A stretch of 64,000 nucleotides of DNA from the human T2T-CHM13v2.0 reference genome, Homo sapiens. The notes beneath the pieces were generated by a model. The model was not told the DNA's origin. It searched no databases and was given only the letters and a program-made list of their open reading frames with translations. The stretch lies in NCBI RefSeq assembly GCF_009914755.1, contig NC_060935.1. The stretch is one strand, 5' to 3'. Numbering within the stretch: position 1 is the first letter of the stretch; each line of letters begins with the position of its first letter. The translations under genes were made by a program, and so were the position numbers. Positions 57,652 through 64,000 of this stretch are shown here, piece after piece.

Positions 57652-58864
57652 GACTCAATGTTTCACCACTTTAATAGAATATTCTAACTATTCTGTACAA
57701 ATTGAAAACACTGTATTCAGTTACAAATGTGTTCTAAGGTTAGGCCGAGCACTCTCCACAGGCCTGGTCAGTGCGGACACGGCCATCCCCGGCTGCCGGA
57801 GAGCGCCGTCACCCACTTGAAAACCCCACCCACCAGCCGCCAAGCGGTCACACCAAACCCAGGACCTTCAGACAGGATGAATGGTGGGGCCCCGCAATGG
57901 GGCTACTGAGAAAGCAGGACTTGACGCTCATACGCTCCACTGAAACGCAGGACTTCCCAGCCCAGTCCCTCAGTGGAGAAGACTGCCGAAGCCCGGCTCC
58001 GGCAGCAGGGTGGCGCCTGCGTCATGAGGACGGGCTCGCATCTTCAGCCCTGGTGGCAGGGAGCGGCGTTTCTTCCGCACAGGCCTTGCGCCTGCTAGGA
58101 AGTGGCACATCTTCCTGCTCAGGGCACCAAGGTGGTTCAGAAACGTTAAGGACGAGCCACAGCGAAAAGCCGCAGTCCTCACAGGCAAGAAGGGATAAAT
58201 AAATATGAGGTGACCCGCAGCAGCTCTCACCTGGGCTGGTGTGTCACAACCCTGACCCACCCCTAAAAAAAAAAAAAAATGAAGAAGCAACATCCTAAGG
58301 AGAACAGGGCCCTACTCTACACAGCCCTTTCTGAGATGATCGGCATACAGCAGGTGATGCAGGCTGCACACTCAGCAGATTCAGCGGCTGGAAACAGCAA
58401 GTGGGTTTCTTCGGATGAAAGGGAAGAATTCAGTCCAACTGCAGGAGGGGTGGGAGAGGTTCCAGATCCTGGGAACCACATCACCAGACCTCGGCCCTTT
58501 TTGCCAAGTGACCCCCACCCCACCCTGATGTGGTCTACAGGGCCCTCCCACAGGGAAAGGCCCAGGGAAGTCCAGAGCTACAGGCACCAAGGCTGCAGAG
58601 GGTGCTGGACGAAACCTCCTATTTCTGAAATGCATTTCAGTTGCCACTGTACAAGTTAAGCAAAATAATAAGGAAAAAGGAAAAGTGAAAGTGAAAATCA
58701 TGCACTTGAAAACGAGTTAGATGGAGTAAGCTCTGTCCACGGGATTGTGCTGCGGCAAGGACCGAGGCCCCGCCCACAGGCCTGGAGTCCCGACAGCCGG
58801 TCTGCCAGGCACCCGCCTCCGCTTCCTACTGCTGCTTGCATTCCGCCGGCTGGCTGGGTTCCTT
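57652..58864 (-). other. NAP1L4: NAP1L4 terminal exon (3'UTR); ATTAAA signal at 57670-57675; 3' end approximate
   Basis: Acceptor tctttttcattgacag| at 58865/58864; minus-strand ATTAAA with upstream UGUA elements. Confidence 0.82.
58826..58864 (-). CDS. NAP1L4: NAP1L4 alternative C-terminus KEPSQPAECKQQ* (used when the 38-nt exon is skipped)
   Basis: AAG GAA CCC AGC CAG CCG GCG GAA TGC AAG CAG CAG TAG directly after the acceptor; resembles the NAP1L1 ...PAECKQQ end. Confidence 0.85.
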   Translation of the reverse strand, partial: KEPSQPAECKQQ

Positions 58865-60336
58865 CTGTCAATGAAAAAGACAAGGCTTGTAGAGAGCAAA
58901 GCCAGCTCCATTCACCAATTAGCTCCAATCAACAATGAAAGCCAAGACTGAATGAGTTCATTCTCATTGAAAAAAATGGTTACTGCAAATATACTTTTAA
59001 AAATAGTGACAAAAACAAAGCTAACTCCCCCTACCACCCTGCAGTCAAAGCAGGGTTTTTTTTTGTTTTTAAAGCTATGCCTTCAAGCATTCAAATTCAT
59101 GGCATGTTCAGCAGGAGGGTTTTGGGGCTCCTTGGGGTGGTGGAGCTCCAGGGGGCTGCCCATGAAAGGGCTGGGAAGCAGCTGGAACCCCTGCCCACAC
59201 AGAGCACAGTGCGCTCAACACGGGCAGCTCCATCCAGGAAGGCCACCGCGGAGGCAACCCCTCTTGGTGCCAACAGTCCCCACTTCTCAAGGGCACATCT
59301 GTCTGGGGGTAGGCTGGGCCCTTGGCGCTCATGGAAAGCACATCTCTCCTCTAGCGGGTTCCTGCTCTTTGTACTACCAGGGAGCGCCCCGGCAGATCCA
59401 TCCTCTTCTGGTGGCCTGTACTGCACCAACAAATGATGAGCTGCCACTCCCAAGAGCTCCATCTGTCACTCACTCTCCTTCACTCTCCTAACAGTCTCAC
59501 CAAGGGGCAATGCTATCCTTCCAGTAACGGCATCCGGGACACAAAATTCCCCTCCCAGAGGAATGGATTAACTCCAATATTATCTAACACAGAGATCTTG
59601 TACCCTTTAAACCACATCCAGCAACTCCATGAATTTGTGTGGAGGCCAACAATAGCCTAAGAAATACATCACGATCTTGCTAATGCTTCTGCGCTAGTAA
59701 CTTTACGAACCTGTAACCTATGATTTCTGGCTAAGATTACAAATTGCCCTTAATCCAGCGTGCCTATGGAACCTAAGAACTTGTACTGTATGGGGCAAAA
59801 AGATCCCTGGGTTACCATAAATGATATCTTCCACAGTATAAGCTGAGGCTACAGTTCATTCTTTTGGAAATCACATTTAAGGGATGGCCGAAAAAATATG
59901 TGTAAAATATGCAAAAAACAAAATCAATAACCTTGAACCCTGGTGTCTAAGCTCCCAATCTCAGCCACCCCAGAGGCTGCCCAAAGAGCCTGGCCAAGAC
60001 AAAACGAGGCTGACCAAAAACCCTCGCCATGTCAATCTGACATTCAAGGGTAGACTGAAGGTGGCCCAGTGTAGTGGCCAAGAACACTGAGCCACTGGCC
60101 TTAGGAGTGTGGGGGATGCAGGGCGCCCCGAGCAGGAGCAGTGAGGGGAGGAGTGGGACAAGCAGTGTGCCTCCACCAAGGGACTCGCCTAGAAAATGGG
60201 ATGTCAGTAAAGGAGCTGTGCAGGGACGGGGAAGACTGGGGCTGGTGACAAGGTGACAGACTCCATCTTTATGTACATTTAAATTACGCAAATACTATGT
60301 CATGTCATACACAGGACTTTATAATTTATCCTACCA

Positions 60337-60440
60337 CAGATTGAGCATCCCAAATCCCAAATCTGAGATACTCCAAAATCTGGAACCCAAGACAAAGAAA
60401 ATGCTCACGGGAGGATTCCAGATTTGGAATGCTCAACCAG
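60337..60440. mobile_element. Tigger4/MER46-like MITE remnant
   Basis: Terminal inverted repeats cagattgagcatcccaaatc ... gatttggaatgctcaaccag. Confidence 0.6.
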
Positions 60441-62363
60441 AAATAAATCTAAATTATCCTAAGTTGCAGAAATGATGTAATAGGTATTTTCAACCACGAG
60501 AATGTAGTATTCATCTGTCCTAAATAAAACCAATATCCTGGGTGAAGACTGCTAGAGGGAATAGAGTCCGCATAGAACACTCTCTCAAGACCGGTGTCAT
60601 GACCCAGTGCCTTGCTGGAGGGGAGTAGGCCATGCACCTGACTCTGGGAAGAGCTGCCTCCCCCGTGCCTTGAGGGCACAGCCCCCTCTGGGAAGGAAGG
60701 CAGCATGTGGCCCACCCCTGCCAGGCTTTGGTGCTCACACAGCACACTGGAGCTTCTGCAAGTGACTGACAGGAGTTTTAGAAGTGAATTTTACATGTGA
60801 GAGACACCAATTGTTTTTAGCTTGTGACACATGCCGAAAAAAAAAAAACTACACCTAAACTCCCAAACTGAAGCGTCCTTTATCTCATGTCACAAATTTT
60901 AATGATGGTTGAGTCATTAATCAATGCTAAGATTATCAAGGGAGGAGGAGTTGGCATTTTAAAAGGTACCAACTAATAGGAAAAAAATCTCATCTCTCAT
61001 GGGACCATTTAAAAGGTGGGGTTTGAACAGATAACACTCGACCTGAGAAAGGCAACAAAGACATGCCGCTGAAACACACTCGACCATAGCTGCGCTGGCG
61101 AAGAAGCCCCAAGTGCCCAGAGCCCTATGGCTGAAGAGGCAGCAGCCTCAGTGGGACACTCCTCGGGGGTTGCTGCTGTTGCACCCTGCCCTTCTCTTCC
61201 AGGGAGGCATACTGAAATACGGATAGGTGGCACGCATCGAGGATTCTCTTCAAAAGAGCTGGTGGCATGGGAGGGGTGGCGTGGGAGGAGTGGGTGAGGG
61301 TACAGGTGGAATAAGAGTGGCTAAGTTCTTCAGACATGCGGGGACAACAGGAATTAATGGCAGCTAGACATAATTTTAAACATACAGCCATATTCTGAAA
61401 CCTGGCCCTGGAAAACAAAATCGTTCCAAGAGCTGCATCCGCCCTATGTACCATCAGTTTCCCATGAAAGCAGCCTACATGAGGAAGACAGGGAGGCGGT
61501 GGCGCTAAGACCTCAAGGACGTCTGGTCTATGGGCTGCCAGGATCATGCTGATGTTCTGTGACGAGACCCTTAAAAACGGAGTGCCTACTTATCCTGGCA
61601 TGCAGAGGCCCTGCTATGGTTGTGGGGTTCCTCATGGCACCTCTTGTCCCCACCTCTCTGCTTTCTCCCACTACATCCCGAGTGCCACGAGTGAACAGGT
61701 CTCGTCACGGGCAAGAGCCTCTGTCTACTTACGGCCTCCTGTCAGCATTCCAGGACAGGACAGAGCTACAGGGACTGAAGAAAGTGGAGTGGGAAACAGC
61801 TTCCAGGCTTACTGACACTCACTTTCATCTACAACTGGTTCTTGCTTCATTCAACTAGCACCAACCTCACAACAGTACTTTTTACTGCTGACACCAAAAC
61901 AGATGCCAGTTCATGTTTCAGATAAAAAATGCTGGCACAGTAAAAGCTGTTACCCCTCTGTGTACCTATTGGTCTGCACAAAACATGAATTCAAAAAGTA
62001 TAGATATTCAACAGACACGTGTTGGTAATGACAGTGGGCCAATTTCAACTGCCAGTGTGTGTTCTGAGCACAGCTGGGACAGCCCAGTGTGTTATGCTCT
62101 CTGCAAGGACTGCTTGCTTATGGTGGCCCGTGTGTGCCACCGTGCAGACTGCTGACCATCCAGGGCCCTCTTACTGGAAAGCAGTACCATCAGCAATGAA
62201 AATTACACCCAAGTTACATCTTTGCTACTTGGTTAGCAAGAAACACTGGGCTCAGAAAGCAGGGACCAAATCTAGGTTTGGTTCGTTGATTTTAAAAGTA
62301 CATGTAACAGACACCTATGTCAAACCTGTGACACAGTGAGTGTACCTGGACAGCAACTCCCTC

Positions 62364-62369
62364 TTTATT
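62364..62369 (-). terminator. NAP1L4: Candidate intronic poly(A) signal just downstream of the NAP1L4 38-nt exon
   Basis: Minus-strand AATAAA about 77 nt past the donor, with U-rich upstream and GU-rich downstream sequence. Confidence 0.55.
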
Positions 62370-62445
62370 CAAAGTCAAAACAATGCATTGTATAAAGTAT
62401 AGATCAGAAGTTTGGAAGTTAGGTATGAATGGAATTCCACCTTAC

Positions 62446-62483
62446 CTAGAAACGTATGAATGATTAACAGACAAAAATTACAC
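62446..62483 (-). CDS. NAP1L4: NAP1L4 38-nt penultimate exon encoding the final Val plus stop (GTG TAA)
   Basis: ttttttttccccatttag|GTGTAATTTTTGTC...TTTCTAG|gtaagg. Fits the canonical NAP1L4 end ...NPKV* as recalled. Confidence 0.85.
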
Positions 62484-62501
62484 CTAAATGGGGAAAAAAA
62501 T

Positions 62502-62640
62502 TGAAAGGAACTGTCAGCATGAAAGAAAATGAAATGCACAAAATTATACAGGAGGAAACGGCCACAATTTCTCATGATACAAAAGGGCTGCAAGATACTG
62601 AACTCGGGGTGAACAACTTCAACACTAGATCATACTTTCA
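62502..62640 (-). ncRNA. Candidate intronic box C/D snoRNA-like element (possibly the annotated SNORD131)
   Basis: Minus strand TGAAAG-T-ATGATCT (degenerate C box) ...about 120 nt... CTGA (D box)-CAGTTC-CTTTCA; terminal TGAAAG/CTTTCA can pair. I recall a C/D snoRNA annotated near this NAP1L4 exon but cannot verify it. Confidence 0.35.
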
Positions 62641-64000
62641 AAATGGGCAGAAGCATGATTTTCACTTCTATCAGACTGCTCCCAATACTAAAACCTCCCT
62701 TCCTTCCTTGTTTTCTTTTGCTTGCACAGACTCTAACACTGCCCATCTCTCTGGAAGGTGCATGTGACAGGGACAGCAGGCTTGGCCTTATCCTGGCCAC
62801 ACATGCCGGGCCGTCTCTGAACTTCATTCACACCATTAGCCGGAACATGTTTTTAGTCCCTTCTCCCCCAACCAACATAACCGTTTATCAAAGGTTTCAT
62901 GGGGTGTTAGCATGTGTAATCCACCACATCATGTTCTCTGTAATGGCTGGTGAGAATGCTCTTTTAGAAACCTGGGACGTGAAAGGAGACTCAAGGTTCT
63001 CCAAGGTGACAGAGAAAGCAGAACAAACAACAGAGGGGAGGAAAAGAGAAGCTGAGGCACAGAATACAGGGAGGGGGAGATACAAGTGCAACAAGGACAG
63101 AGGCAGCTGTGCGCGGAGTCTGAGGAGGTGGCCCTGCCAATTGACCCCAGTCCTTGCTTTACAACTGCAACCTTAAAAGTGTCCATTCAGCGCCCACAAG
63201 GCGGAAACACAGCCCAATAAACACACGTGGCCCTTGGGTCCATCAGACACCCCGCACAGCAGTGATGGGCAGCATTTATTCACCCAACGTTGTTCACTGG
63301 CTGACTGACAGCCCTCACCTTCCCTGTCCGCACACTGTGATGCACGCAAGGCAGACCCAGGCCTTGGTCTCCTACAGCCCTCACCGCCCACCACCACGGT
63401 GCTGCGCACAGGTACGCTTTCAGCAGAGTCCTCCCACATCAACAGGCCAAACTTTAGAAGATGAACATTTCCATGAGCAGATTATTCCCAGAGTAGTCTT
63501 TATAAGACACATTCTCAAAAAAGTTTTAAAAGCTCTTCTCCCATCCCTTCCTTGAAGGAACCACAACTGTGAACATGCATTCATGGAAACAGCCAGTTTA
63601 AACCAACTGATGACAGAGCCAGAATATCACACTGACAGCTTTTAGTGCACACTCCAAAAAACAAGGGTAAAAACAAGCAAAAAACGTCTAGTCGGACAGA
63701 GACACATTACAAAAACACCAGGTAACGTTAGTATTCTGACAGCCCATAATATACTTAATTTTAAGAGGCAAGTGAACTACACATTTCATGTTTTACAAGA
63801 AGAAACTCTTATGATGCTGTAGGATGACATTTAAGCACTTCTGATTTTAAAATGTGCCAAATGGTCAAAGTACCTTGATTTAAGTTACTCTGAGACCACA
63901 AATAAAAATCTAAATTTGCAGGTAAAATTAATGGGGTTGCCCACTCATTTTCAACTCAGTTTTCTTTAGTAAACCTTTCCAATTTATTTTAAATTATCTG

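Overview
This is human (primate) genomic DNA that I recognise as the centromeric imprinted domain of chromosome 11p15.5. By known gene order it starts just upstream of CDKN1C, which is not in the window. Four genes can be rebuilt from the sequence with GT-AG splice sites and consistent reading phase. (1) SLC22A18AS (BWR1B), - strand, a 253-aa orphan ORF in two coding exons. (2) SLC22A18 (SLC67A1/ORCTL2/TSSC5), + strand, a 424-aa MFS transporter in 10 coding exons with at least three alternative first exons. (3) PHLDA2 (TSSC3/IPL), - strand, a 152-aa PH-domain protein. (4) The last two exons of NAP1L4, - strand. The rest is Alu, L1, L2, LTR and DNA-transposon relics, CpG islands and several VNTRs. 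The locus is well studied, so I make no claim of a wholly new gene system. The best leads are: a 38-nt NAP1L4 stop micro-exon that toggles a CaaX tail, with a C/D-snoRNA-like element whose D box sits on that exon's branch point; an inverted private copy of an L1 fragment outside that L1's target-site duplication; a 65-bp perfect direct repeat bracketing an in-frame-removable SLC22A18 exon pair; an in-frame Kozak-context CUG upstream of SLC22A18; and motif-array VNTRs. Repeat subfamily calls and comparisons to reference alleles come from memory and need database confirmation.
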